Counted from the first letter of the stretch, positions 1-8,909 are shown. The stretch: 56,348 nt of DNA from Actinomycetes bacterium (GCA_024275795.1 JAJRYJ010000064.1:1-56348); one strand, 5' to 3'. The notes: a model not told the origin generated them from the letters alone. Numbers and translations: made by a program.

Positions 1-1099
1 TGAGCTTCGGCTCCACCAGGCTCGAGAAAAGCTCGTCCACCAGCTTGCCCCGGTGGGCGGCAGTCTCATATTCGATGCCCAGCTCGTCCAGCTTGCCCGC
101 CAGGGAGTCGCGGTCGGGATAGGCATCGATGTCGACGCCGCCATGCTCGCGGATGGCGTCATGCAGCGTCACCCGCCGCCATGGGGGCGAAAGGTCTATC
201 TGCCCGCCGCGGAAAATGACCGTGGCCGTGCCCAGCACCTCTTCCGCCACGGTGGACACCAGCTGCTCCACCATCTCCATGACGTCGTTGTAGTCGGCGT
301 AGGCCTGCTGGGACTCCATCATCGTGAATTCCGGGTTGTGCTTCGTGGAAATGCCCTCGTTGCGGAATATCCTGCCGATCTCGTAGACGCGCTCGAAGCC
401 GCCCACCAGCAGCTGCTTCAGGTGTATCTCCAGGGCGATGCGCATGTAGAGGTCCAGGTCCAGAGCGTTGTGGTGGGTTTCGAAGGAACGCGCCGTGGCG
501 CCGCCGGGCGTCGCCTGCAGGATGGGCGTCTCCACCTCCAGGAAACCGCGCTCGTCCATGAAGCGGCGGATGGCCGCCAGTACGCGGCTGCGGGTGAAGA
601 AGACCTCACGCACGTCGTCGTTGGCGATCAGGTCCAGGTAGCGCTGCCGGTAACGGATCTCCACGTCCGTGAGCCCGTGCCACTTCTCCGGCAGGGGATG
701 CAGCGCCTTGGCCAGCAGCGTCGCCGACTCGACCCAGATGGACAGCTCGCCGCGCCGCGTGCGGAACACCGGACCCGTGACGCCGACGATATCGCCCAGC
801 TCCAGCGCCTTGAATTCCCCGAAAGCCTGCTCGCCCAGGTTGTCCAGGTTGCCGTAAAGCTGGATTCTGCCGGAGGCGTCCTTGAGCACCAGGAAGACCG
901 CCTTGCCGTGGCCGCGCTTGATGACGATGCGCCCGGCCACCCGGTGGCTCTCCTCGCCCCTGTCGCCCTCCCCGAAGGAGGCGTAGCACTCCAGCAGCGG
1001 CGCGATGGGTTCGGGGTCGGGGAAGCGGTTGCGGTAGGGCGAGCGGCCCGCGTCCAGCAGGCTATCGAGCTTGCGGCGTCGCTCCTCGGCCTCGGACAT
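1..1099 (-). CDS. lysS: Lysine--tRNA ligase (class II), runs off the left window edge
   Basis: Not in the ORF track; hand translation gives OB-fold KRGHGKAVFLVLKDASGRIQLY, LPEKWHGLTDVEIRYRQRYLDL, motif 1 GFLEVETPIL and motif 2 FRNEGISTKHNPEFTMME. ATG at 1099, or in-frame GTG at 1114. Confidence 0.97.
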   Translation of the reverse strand, partial: MSEAEERRRKLDSLLDAGRSPYRNRFPDPEPIAPLLECYASFGEGDRGEESHRVAGRIVIKRGHGKAVFLVLKDASGRIQLYGNLDNLGEQAFGEFKALELGDIVGVTGPVFRTRRGELSIWVESATLLAKALHPLPEKWHGLTDVEIRYRQRYLDLIANDDVREVFFTRSRVLAAIRRFMDERGFLEVETPILQATPGGATARSFETHHNALDLDLYMRIALEIHLKQLLVGGFERVYEIGRIFRNEGISTKHNPEFTMMESQQAYADYNDVMEMVEQLVSTVAEEVLGTATVIFRGGQIDLSPPWRRVTLHDAIREHGGVDIDAYPDRDSLAGKLDELGIEYETAAHRGKLVDELFSSLVEPKL

Positions 1100-1117
1100 C
1101 GGCCTCTCGGACACGCT

Positions 1118-1597
1118 CTAGCCTTTCCTGATGGATACTATCTTGTACTTGACGCTGCCGCGGGGGGTGGAGACCTTGACGGTCTCGCCCACCTTGCGCC
1201 CCATTATCGCCTTGCCGACGGGGGATTCGTTGGAGAGCCTGTTGTTGGCCGGGTCGGCCTCGGCCGAACCGACGATCACGTAACGGTGGTTCTCCTCCCG
1301 CTTGATGTCCTTGAGGTTGACCTTGGCGCCGATGCCGACCGTATCGGTCTTGATCTCGGAGCCGCTGAGCACGCGCGCGTCGCGCAGTTTCTGCTTGAGG
1401 TTGTGAATGCGCATCTCCAGCTTGGCCTGCTCATTCTTGGCCTCGTTGTATTCGCTGTTCTCGCTGATGTCTCCGAACTCGCGCGCTTCCTTGATGCGCT
1501 CGGCTATCTCCTCGCGCTTCACCGTCTCCAGGTATTCGATCTCCTCCGAGAGCTTCTTGTGCCCCTCGGCTGTCAGTACTATTTCTCTGTCTGTCAA
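1118..1597 (-). CDS. greA: Transcription elongation factor GreA
   Basis: AREFGDISENSEYNEAK and LSNESPVGKAIMG motifs; TTG start with GAGGAG RBS; greA-lysS order. Confidence 0.97.
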   Translation of the reverse strand: MTDREIVLTAEGHKKLSEEIEYLETVKREEIAERIKEAREFGDISENSEYNEAKNEQAKLEMRIHNLKQKLRDARVLSGSEIKTDTVGIGAKVNLKDIKREENHRYVIVGSAEADPANNRLSNESPVGKAIMGRKVGETVKVSTPRGSVKYKIVSIRKG

Positions 1598-1639
1598 AGC
1601 TCCTCTTTCCCTGCCTGTTTATATTGAAAATGACGGTAA

Positions 1640-1668
1640 ATTATAGTTTGTGACCTGACGAGTTGCAA
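1640..1668 (-). promoter_or_regulatory. Housekeeping sigma-70-type promoter for greA-lysS
   Basis: Minus strand TTGCAA-N17-TATAAT, ~45 bp upstream of the greA start. Confidence 0.75.
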
Positions 1669-1706
1669 GGTAACAGCGGCTTGCTCCTGTATCGGCAGCG
1701 GATGTG

Positions 1707-3110
1707 TCAGTTTTTAGGCAGCGTCAGGGTGAAAGTGGAGCCCTCGCCGGGGGTGGAGGCGGCCTCGATCTCGCCCCCCATGGCGCGGGCCAGCTCGCGG
1801 GAGATGGCCAGACCCAGCCCCAGGCCCGCCTCGCGGGCGCCGCCGCCGGAACGGTAGAAGCGGTCGAAGATATGGGGAAGGTCCTCGTCGGCGATGCCTG
1901 CGCCCTGGTCCGACACCTCGATACGCACCTCGCCGCCGGCGGCGGCGGCGTGGATGCCGACGCTGCCGCCCGCTTGCGAGTGGACGATGGCGTTCTGGAC
2001 CAGGTTGGAGAGTATCTGTTTCAGCCGGTCCGGGTCGCCGGCCAGGTCCGTCCCCGCCTCCACCCGCGTTTCCAGATGCACGCCGCGCTCCCCCGCCTCC
2101 CTGCTGAAGCTGTCGACCAGCACCTTGATCAGCCGCTCCATATCGATGGAGGCGCTCCTGAGCTCGAACTGGCTGGCGTCGAACTTGGCCAGGCTGAGCA
2201 GGTCCTCTATCAGGCGCTGCAGGCGGCGGGCCTCGGAGCTGATGACTTCAAGGGAGGCATCCACCGCCTCCGGGTCCGCGGCGACGCCGTCCCTGAGCGC
2301 CTCCACGTGCCCGCTGATGGCCGTCAGCGGCGTCTTCAGCTCGTGGCTGACGTTGATGATGAAGTCACGCTGCTGCTGCTGGGACCGCTGGACCTCTGTC
2401 GACATGTGACGGAAGGCACCGGCCAGCCGGCCGATCTCGTCCTCGGAGCGGACGTTGACCTCGTGGCTGAAATCCCCCTCCGCCACGGCTACCGCCGCCT
2501 CGGTGATCTCATGCAGGGGCTGGGAGAGGCTGCGCGCCAGCACCAGGGCGAACACCAGGGAGATGGCGAGGGCGATCAGGGCGGCTATCAGGAACTCGCC
2601 GGCGATGGGCTGCCAGGGCTGCAGGTTGCTGAGAGCCTTCGACACCACGACGGCGCCCGCCAGCTCCCCGTCCACCTCGAAACCCTTGGCGACCACCAGT
2701 GCTTCCGTGTCCAGCCCGGGCAGCTCCGCCTCGGACCGCTGGACCCTGCCGGCCGCCAGGTAGTTCCAGTTGATGAACTCCAGGGTGCGGTTGCTGAACC
2801 TGGCGTCGGGGCCGCGGGGGCCGTGGCGGGGAAGCCCCTCGAGCACCTGCTCGCGATAAGGTATCAGCAGCACTATGGTCCCCTGCACCCGTTCCAGCTC
2901 GCGGATGAAGCGTTCCGAGGGCAGCCCCTCCTCCTCTATCTGGGCGGCGATGGACCGCGCCTGTTCCTCCAGGTCGGCGGCGGTGCGCTGCTTGAGGTAG
3001 TTCTGCACCAGCCCCACGGCCAGCAGGCCCGAGACCAGCAGCGATACGACGATGGCGACGGCGAAATAGACCGCCAGCTTGCCCCTGAGGCTTTGTGTGA
3101 ATCGGGTCAT
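1707..3110 (-). CDS. HAMP-domain sensor histidine kinase (OmpR-family partner)
   Basis: Two TM segments, HAMP (PLHEITEAA...DEIGRLA), H-box VSHELKTPLT, N-box NLVQNAI, DQGAGI, FDRFYR, GLGLGLAI. Confidence 0.95.
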   Translation of the reverse strand: MTRFTQSLRGKLAVYFAVAIVVSLLVSGLLAVGLVQNYLKQRTAADLEEQARSIAAQIEEEGLPSERFIRELERVQGTIVLLIPYREQVLEGLPRHGPRGPDARFSNRTLEFINWNYLAAGRVQRSEAELPGLDTEALVVAKGFEVDGELAGAVVVSKALSNLQPWQPIAGEFLIAALIALAISLVFALVLARSLSQPLHEITEAAVAVAEGDFSHEVNVRSEDEIGRLAGAFRHMSTEVQRSQQQQRDFIINVSHELKTPLTAISGHVEALRDGVAADPEAVDASLEVISSEARRLQRLIEDLLSLAKFDASQFELRSASIDMERLIKVLVDSFSREAGERGVHLETRVEAGTDLAGDPDRLKQILSNLVQNAIVHSQAGGSVGIHAAAAGGEVRIEVSDQGAGIADEDLPHIFDRFYRSGGGAREAGLGLGLAISRELARAMGGEIEAASTPGEGSTFTLTLPKN

Positions 3111-3139
3111 GACGCTAATCCATGCTCATCCGGCAGGGC

Positions 3140-3814
3140 TCATCCGGTGAATTTGTAGCCGACGCCCCAGACGGTCTCGATGGCCACCGCATCACCGAGC
3201 TTCTTGCGCAGCTGGTTGATATGGACGTCGACGGTGCGTGTGTCGCCGGCGAAGTCGTAGCCCCAGACCTGCTCCAGCAGCTTCTGGCGGCTGAGCGCCA
3301 GCCCGCTGTTGAGCATCAGGTAGTGCAGCAGGTCGAACTCCTTGCCCGTCAGCTTCACCGGCTCGTCGGCGGCGTTCACCTCGTGCTTTTCCGGATCGAG
3401 CGTGATGCTGCCGGACGATAGCGGCCCCTCGTACCCCCGTCCGGCGCGCTCGCAGCGCCGCAGCACCGATTTGACCCGGGCCACCAGCTCCCGCGGTTCG
3501 AAGGGCTTGGTGACATAGTCGTCCGCCCCCAGCTCCAGGCCCACGACCTTGTCCGTAGGCGCATCCCGCGCCGTCAGCATGATGATGGGGACATCGGACT
3601 GGCGCCTGAGGCGGCGGCAGACCTCGAAACCGTCCATGTCGGGAAGCATGATGTCGAGTATCACCAGCTCCGGCGCGCTCTCACCTGCGGCCTTGATGCC
3701 CTGGCTGCCGCTGGATGCCATCCGCACGCTGAAGCCCTCCTTCTCAAGGTACATGGAGATGAAGGAGGCGATGTTCTTCTCATCCTCAACGAGGAGTATT
3801 GTGGTATCTGCCAT
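3140..3814 (-). CDS. OmpR/PhoB-family response regulator
   Basis: ILLVEDE, LDIMLP, GADDYVTKPF, winged helix RTVDVHINQLRKKL...VWGVGYK. ATG 3814 preferred because the track start at 3847 overlaps a TATAAT box (3846-3851). Confidence 0.95.
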   Translation of the reverse strand: MADTTILLVEDEKNIASFISMYLEKEGFSVRMASSGSQGIKAAGESAPELVILDIMLPDMDGFEVCRRLRRQSDVPIIMLTARDAPTDKVVGLELGADDYVTKPFEPRELVARVKSVLRRCERAGRGYEGPLSSGSITLDPEKHEVNAADEPVKLTGKEFDLLHYLMLNSGLALSRQKLLEQVWGYDFAGDTRTVDVHINQLRKKLGDAVAIETVWGVGYKFTG

Positions 3815-3862
3815 GTCTGTAGCCGCCGGCTGGCCGTCGGCAATCATTATATCGGAATCGTG

Positions 3863-3891
3863 GCGGCGGGCGGCCGCAGGCCGCCCGCCGC
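3863..3891 (-). terminator. GC-rich hairpin after the 3927-4574 gene
   Basis: GCGGCGGGCGGC-N5-GCCGCCCGCCGC perfect 12-bp stem; no U-tract. Confidence 0.5.
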
Positions 3892-3926
3892 TTAAACCGC
3901 CTGTTCTATACCGCCTGCGTGGATAC

Positions 3927-4574
3927 CTATGCTGCAGGCGCTGCGTCGCCGGCCGGCGGGGCCGGGCGCTCAGGCGGATCGTACATCAATGCCCTGACAT
4001 TGCCGTCCTCATCGGCGGCGATGCCCAGGCGCTGTCCCGTCTCCACGGACGGCAGCGTGAACGTCTGCTCGCCGTCCTCCGTGGCGATGGTGACGTTATT
4101 GCCGTCAACCGCGGTCACTTCACCGACGGTGGGCCTGTGGCGCATGCCTCCCGGCTCGCCGATCATCACCGTCTCCGCCACCGCGTCCTTGCCCTCTTCC
4201 GGCACGGCCGTCAGCTTGACGCCGATGCGTTCGCCGGGGACCACGTCAACCAGGCTCGCGTCGCCGTCCTTTTTCCTGTAGACGGTCTCTTCGGTCACCT
4301 TCACTCTCTGCTCCTCGCCCCTCGGGGTGGTCAGGGTGATGGTGTCGCCGTCGACGCTCACGACCTCTCCTCCCACCATGAGGCCGCCACCGCCGATACC
4401 GCGGCCGCCGGGACCTCCCGGTCCGCCATGGCCGCCACCGCCGGCTGTGCATTCACCCTCGGCGGGCGGCGCCGCCTCGTCGGGAGCCTGTGCCGAAGCC
4501 AGGCCCACGCCCAGCGCCAGCACTACCGCCAGCGACAGGGCCAGCGCTACGATTGTCTTGTGGCTCTTCTTCAT
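3927..4574 (-). CDS. Exported protein with two DUF5666-like small beta-barrel repeats
   Basis: ATG 4574 with GGAGGT RBS; signal peptide MKKSHKTIVALALSLAVVLALGVGLASA; repeats GEVVSVDGDTITLTT and GEVTAVDGNNVTIAT; Gly/Pro linker. Confidence 0.7.
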   Translation of the reverse strand: MKKSHKTIVALALSLAVVLALGVGLASAQAPDEAAPPAEGECTAGGGGHGGPGGPGGRGIGGGGLMVGGEVVSVDGDTITLTTPRGEEQRVKVTEETVYRKKDGDASLVDVVPGERIGVKLTAVPEEGKDAVAETVMIGEPGGMRHRPTVGEVTAVDGNNVTIATEDGEQTFTLPSVETGQRLGIAADEDGNVRALMYDPPERPAPPAGDAAPAA

Positions 4575-4643
4575 CTCTTGCACCTCCTTCCCTGATGTTG
4601 GTTCAGCTCTTACGTTCGCTCCACCGCTATTATTGGCCATCTC

Positions 4644-4681
4644 TGTGAAGCTGCCATCAGGGAAGTGTAAGCAGTCTGTAA
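4644..4681 (-). promoter_or_regulatory. Tandem OmpR-type boxes upstream of the DUF5666-like gene
   Basis: TGTAA at 4666 and 4677 (11-bp period) plus TGTGA at 4644, 22 bp further, next to an AATAAT -10-like box. Confidence 0.45.
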
Positions 4682-4767
4682 ATTATTCTGCTCGCCTGTA
4701 CCGGGAAATAAGGTGGAGAAGCGAGGGTGGGCTTGGCGCCGGCGGCGGTGGATGTGGAAGGAAGAAG

Positions 4768-4796
4768 GGCGGCCCGGCGCTGCGCGCCGGGCCGCC
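4768..4796 (-). terminator. Intrinsic terminator of the 4854-5990 gene
   Basis: 13-bp perfect stem GGCGGCCCGGCGC-N3-GCGCCGGGCCGCC followed on the minus strand by pyrimidine run CTTCTTCCTTCC. Confidence 0.65.
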
Positions 4797-4853
4797 ATGG
4801 GATTCGCTCAGTTCAACCGCACCTCAACCGTACTCTATGATCCGTCAGCTGTC

Positions 4854-5990
4854 CTAGGTCGAGAACGGGTTGGTCGTGGTTGACGAAGTAGTCGATGTTT
4901 CAGTTTCGTCATCGGTGGTTGTGCCCACGTCATCGAAACCATCGCCGGTCATGTCTTCCACATCCTCAAACCCGGTGCCGAAACCGCCCAGGCTGCCGAA
5001 GGCGTCCAGCAGGTCCTCCATGGGCTTGGCGTCCGTGGGAGCCTCGATGTTGACATCCTCGTCGAATCCGGACTGGGTCATGGTCACGGACACTGTGATG
5101 ATCAGCGATGCCATGGCATCGCTCTGGTAGGCGTCCATCTCAACGTCCTCGAAGCCGGTGAGGGTCCCCGTATCCAGATCCACGTCCATCTTCACCTTGC
5201 GCACGTTGTCGTCGCCATCGATCCACAGTTCAACATCCAGAGTCTCGAACATGTCCGAGAGCTGGGAACCGCCGGTCTCCAGCTCCGCGGCGGCATCTTC
5301 CTGGTTACATTCCTTGGCGATCTCCGTGGAGACATCCGTGATCTTTCCGACGTCTACCTTTGCCTTGTAATGCGTGGTGCTCTCGCCGTCCACGTCCTCG
5401 TCGCCGACCTCCTCTATGTCAGAAAGCATCGCGGACGGGACGAGCTTTTCCTGCATGGCGTCCTGGGTGCAGGCCGTATCCACCTCTTCCACGTTGCCGC
5501 CCGCCTGGGAGGTCAGCTCCGCCGTATCGGATTCGTACCATTCACCCATCAGCTTCATGTACAGCACATTGTCCACGAGCTTGATCTCCATGTCGCCGAA
5601 CAGGTCGTCGAACATGCCGGCGTCCATCATGTCCGCTGCAGAGCCGCCGCTGGCCGCCATCGCGTTATCGATGATATCGCTCATGCCCTCGATTGCCATG
5701 GTCATCTGCATGGCGGGGTTGCTCTTGTCGCTGTTGTCGAAATCCCCCTCGCCGGAGATGGTCAGTTCCAGCGGCAGCAGCATGGCGAACTCGTCACCCA
5801 TCGCCGAAGCATCCCCGTCCATGGTCAGGGTCATCTCGTAATTCTCATGCACCGTCTTGTAGTCCATCGCCTTCTTGTAGGCGTTGTCGATCCTCTCCGC
5901 CGGATCTTCACTGGAGGACGAGCCGCAACCCGCCGCCAGCAGGGACATAATCGCAACCGCCCCCAGGATCACCCATAAAACCTTCTTCAT
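4854..5990 (-). CDS. Acidic lipoprotein, LppX/LprAFG-like (LolA-type) fold likely
   Basis: Lipobox LAAGC; EEVGDEDVDGESTTHYK, VELWIDGDDNVRKV and FDEDVNIEAP patterns typical of LppX-like lipoproteins. Confidence 0.65.
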   Translation of the reverse strand: MKKVLWVILGAVAIMSLLAAGCGSSSSEDPAERIDNAYKKAMDYKTVHENYEMTLTMDGDASAMGDEFAMLLPLELTISGEGDFDNSDKSNPAMQMTMAIEGMSDIIDNAMAASGGSAADMMDAGMFDDLFGDMEIKLVDNVLYMKLMGEWYESDTAELTSQAGGNVEEVDTACTQDAMQEKLVPSAMLSDIEEVGDEDVDGESTTHYKAKVDVGKITDVSTEIAKECNQEDAAAELETGGSQLSDMFETLDVELWIDGDDNVRKVKMDVDLDTGTLTGFEDVEMDAYQSDAMASLIITVSVTMTQSGFDEDVNIEAPTDAKPMEDLLDAFGSLGGFGTGFEDVEDMTGDGFDDVGTTTDDETETSTTSSTTTNPFST

Positions 5991-6131
5991 GTCCTTTTCA
6001 CCTCTCTCTAGCCGTTAATCCGGAAACATCCTATAATTCACGGGCGCCTTCACGCAATCCGGGTTTTCCGTGATTGCAGGAAGTGCCGTTCACGGAAGGA
6101 ATGGATAGCTGGTCCCACCGGAAACCCACTC

Positions 6132-7241
6132 ATGAATATTCTACAGGTTGTGAGGCAATACCTACCCGGCACCGGGGGGATGGAAACTTACGTGTCCAAC
6201 CTCTGCCGGCAGTTGGCCCTGCGCGGGCACCGCTCCGACGTGGCCACCCTGGACCAGCTCTTCAGGGATGACCGGCGGCTGCCCCCCCACGAGGTCATCG
6301 ACGGCGTCGACGTCATCCGTTTCCCCTGGAGCGGCAACGCCCGCTATTTCTTCGCGCCGCGCCTGCTGGAAGCGCTGCCGCGCTACGACATCATCCACAT
6401 CCACGGCGTCGATTTCTTCCTCGACATGCTGGGTTCGACACGGCGCTGCCACGGTAAGCCCCTGGTGCTCTCCACCCACGGCGGCTTCTTCCATACCCGC
6501 TGGTTCCCCACCCTGAAGCGGGCCTATTTCAGGACGGTGACGCGCAATTCCCTCAGGGGCGTCAGCCGCGTCATCGCCAGCAGCCCCAAGGACAGTGAGC
6601 TGTTCGCTGCCGTCAGCGACAGGGTGGTGCTGGTGGAGAACGGCATCGACTACGAACTCTTCTCCGAAATCGAGCGCCGGCCCGAAGGGGAGACGCTGCT
6701 GTTCGTGGGCCGGATCTCCCGCAACAAGCGCGTGGACCGGCTGCTGGCGGCGCTGGCGCGCCTGCGCGAGAGCCATCCCCGGGCACGGCTGGTGGTGGCG
6801 GGGCCCGACTGGGAGGGACTCGGACAGGGGCTCGAGCAGCAGGCCCGGGCGCTGGGTGTCTCCGATGCCGTGAGCTTCACCGGCACTGTCGACGAGGAAA
6901 GACTTCTGGAACTGATGGCGGGAACGCGGCTGTTCATCTCCGCTTCGGAGTACGAGGCCTTCGGCCTCTCCACCGTGGAGGCCATGGCCGCCGGCATGCC
7001 GGTGGTGGTCAACCGCATCCAGGCCTTCGAGGATATCATCGACGACCGGGTCGACGGCCTGTTGGCGGACTTCAGCGACGCAGGCGCTGCTGCGTCCGCC
7101 ATCGCCGCGGCACTTGACATGGAGGATGATGAAGCACTGCAGCTGGGGAGGCGCGCCCGCGAGACAGCCTCCCACTATGACTGGCGCAACGTCGTGGACT
7201 CAATCCTGGATATTTACCGACAGGTCCTGAGCGGAAGCTGA
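6132..7241 (+). CDS. Glycosyltransferase family 4 (GumH-like alpha-mannosyltransferase)
   Basis: PGTGGMETYV, STHGGFFHT, VGRISRNKR, EAFGLSTVEAMAAG (EX7E). Confidence 0.88.
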   Translation: MNILQVVRQYLPGTGGMETYVSNLCRQLALRGHRSDVATLDQLFRDDRRLPPHEVIDGVDVIRFPWSGNARYFFAPRLLEALPRYDIIHIHGVDFFLDMLGSTRRCHGKPLVLSTHGGFFHTRWFPTLKRAYFRTVTRNSLRGVSRVIASSPKDSELFAAVSDRVVLVENGIDYELFSEIERRPEGETLLFVGRISRNKRVDRLLAALARLRESHPRARLVVAGPDWEGLGQGLEQQARALGVSDAVSFTGTVDEERLLELMAGTRLFISASEYEAFGLSTVEAMAAGMPVVVNRIQAFEDIIDDRVDGLLADFSDAGAAASAIAAALDMEDDEALQLGRRARETASHYDWRNVVDSILDIYRQVLSGS

Positions 7242-7975
7242 TGGAACACTCTGACCATATACAGATCCTTGGTGTACGTATCGACCGCCTGCGGAAGCGG
7301 GAGACCCTGGAGCAAATCGCGTCTTTTATTGAGACGCCAGACTGTAAGCTTGTTGTTACCGTAAACCCCGAACATGTAATGCTGACGGAGAAAAGCGCCC
7401 ATTTCAAAGAGATACTGAACAACAGCGAGATAAATGTGCCGGATGGTATTGGCATCATCTGGGCCTCATGGCTGCTGGGTAAGCCGCTGCCCGAGAGGAT
7501 CACGGGCACCGACCTGCTGCCACACATCTGCCACATCTGTGCCGAGAAAGCGGCGGGCATCTTCCTGTTGGGGGGAAATCCCGGCATCGCCAAGCAGACG
7601 GCTGACAATCTGCGGCGGCAAATCCCGAACCTGATCATTGCTGGGACCAGCAGCCGTGACCCGGGTTCGGATGCAGACAGGGAGACGGTCAAGGAGATCA
7701 ATGAATCCGGCGCTCGCGTTTTGGCAGTAGCCTACGGCAGTCCCAAAGAGAACCTCTGGATAGACCGCAACCGCCACAAGCTCACAAGCGTCAGGGTGGC
7801 CATCGGCGTCGGCGGCGCCTTCGACTTCATCTCCGGCCGGACCCCCCGGGCCCCGAAAGCGATGCGCAAGGTGGGCATGGAATGGCTGTACCGCCTCTGG
7901 CTGGAACCCCAGCGCGCCCGGCGCATGGCAGCGCTGCCCCGCTTCAGCTGGCGTGTCCTCATGTCTCGCAGGTAA
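7241..7975 (+). CDS. WecB/TagA/CpsF family glycosyltransferase (GT26)
   Basis: VTVNPE, VPDGIGI, ERITGTDL, GSPKE, GVGGAFDF, RAP...GMEWLYRL; TGATG coupling to the upstream gene. Confidence 0.93.
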   Translation: MEHSDHIQILGVRIDRLRKRETLEQIASFIETPDCKLVVTVNPEHVMLTEKSAHFKEILNNSEINVPDGIGIIWASWLLGKPLPERITGTDLLPHICHICAEKAAGIFLLGGNPGIAKQTADNLRRQIPNLIIAGTSSRDPGSDADRETVKEINESGARVLAVAYGSPKENLWIDRNRHKLTSVRVAIGVGGAFDFISGRTPRAPKAMRKVGMEWLYRLWLEPQRARRMAALPRFSWRVLMSRR

Positions 7976-7984
7976 AGCCCAGCT

Positions 7985-8025
7985 AACCAGGGGGACACAA
8001 TACGGTACTCCCGGGTACGTGGAAG
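7985..8025 (+). repeat. Left terminal inverted repeat
   Basis: AACCAGGGGGACACAATACGGTACTCCCGGGTACGTGGAAG. Confidence 0.95.
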
Positions 8026-8048
8026 CTAGCGGCCCGGCATTCCTCCTC

Positions 8049-8705
8049 CTACCTGCACGGCCCCCCCGGCTTTTTCGGTTTTAATTCCCTGCCGGTCAAT
8101 TCCTCCAGCTGTTCGATGAAACAATCATCCCCCAAGGGCCGTCCCGTCCTCGAATGCAGGCGTAACTTATCAGCCTCTTCCCTGCTGGTCCCACCGGAAA
8201 GAAGCATTCGCCAGTCGCCGGCGATATCCAGCAAGGGGGTCGATTTTGCCAGGCAATCATCCTCCCCCCGAAGATGGGCGCGAGCGCTGCTCCAGACATA
8301 TTTTTCAGGCTTGTCAACCAGGCCCGCCCGCACGGGATTCATCTCAATATAACGGGCTGCGTTCAACAGATGCGTGTTATCCAGGGGGAAGGAAGAAAAC
8401 CGGCCCTGCCAGAGATAACCGGTCCAGTTTTCTCTCTGGTTGATGCGTAAAGTATAGCGCCTATGAGCTTCACCCACGGCCCTGCAGAGCGAGAAATCCT
8501 CAGCGGGAACCATGATCAGGTGAACGTGATTGGGCATGAGGCACCAGGCCCAGATATCCACTCCATAATTGGAGCAGTACCTTGCCATCAAACTGATATA
8601 GGCCCGATAATCTCCCTCGTTGAAGAATGTCCGCTGCCGCCTGTTTCCGCGTTGCGTGATGTGATGAGGAACTCCGGGCGCAACTACCCGCGCGATTCTC
8701 GACAT
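8049..8705 (-). CDS. REP-associated-type tyrosine (Y1 HUH) transposase
   Basis: HHITQRGNRRQ, HUH motif LMPNHVHL, LWQGRF, catalytic YIEMNPVRAG, Y.WSS. Confidence 0.93.
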   Translation of the reverse strand: MSRIARVVAPGVPHHITQRGNRRQRTFFNEGDYRAYISLMARYCSNYGVDIWAWCLMPNHVHLIMVPAEDFSLCRAVGEAHRRYTLRINQRENWTGYLWQGRFSSFPLDNTHLLNAARYIEMNPVRAGLVDKPEKYVWSSARAHLRGEDDCLAKSTPLLDIAGDWRMLLSGGTSREEADKLRLHSRTGRPLGDDCFIEQLEELTGRELKPKKPGGPCR

Positions 8706-8751
8706 GGTCAGAGTTTATAACGTCCTGGACCGACGCAGTCAAGCAGGCATA

Positions 8752-8792
8752 CTTCCACGCACCCGGGAGTACCGTATTGTGTCCCCCTGGTT
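8752..8792 (-). repeat. Right terminal inverted repeat
   Basis: Reverse complement AACCAGGGGGACACAATACGGTACTCCCGGGTGCGTGGAAG, one mismatch to the left copy. Confidence 0.95.
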
Positions 8793-8800
8793 GCCCTGGT

Positions 8801-8876
8801 TGGAGCGGATGACGGGGATCGAACCCGCGATCTTCGGCTTGGGAAGCCGACGCGTTACCAACTACGCCACATCCGC
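8801..8876 (-). tRNA. tRNA-Gly (anticodon CCC)
   Basis: 76 nt GCGGATG...CATCCGC-T-CCA; D-loop AGTTGGTA, anticodon arm TCGGC-TTCCCAA-GCCGA, T-loop GGTTCGATCC; TAGAAT -10 at 8890-8895. Confidence 0.97.
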
Positions 8877-8909
8877 CCGCGGGATGGATATTCTACAAAA
8901 AAACCGTGG

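Larger units (their letters stand above)
7985..8792. mobile_element. 808-bp element: HUH Y1 transposase between 41-bp terminal inverted repeats (TIR-associated RAYT type)
   Basis: TIRs at 7985-8025 and 8752-8792 are 40/41 identical and enclose only the transposase gene; visibly lower GC than the flanks. Confidence 0.85.

Noticed and set aside
1112-1120. greA TAG is in frame with lysS, so readthrough would fuse them
   Set aside because: One-in-three coincidence; GreA is full length and lysS has its own start.
53-3158. Long plus-strand ORFs 53-1627 and 1704-3158, and similar antisense ORFs (23713-26109, 32671-34275, 37261-38643)
   Set aside because: Shadow frames opposite well-supported genes in GC-rich DNA; no recognisable motifs.
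6108-8200. Exact 17-bp repeat GCTGGTCCCACCGGAAA at 6108-6124 and 8184-8200
   Set aside because: One such match is plausible by chance in 56 kb of GC-rich DNA; the second copy is inside the transposase gene and marks no boundary.
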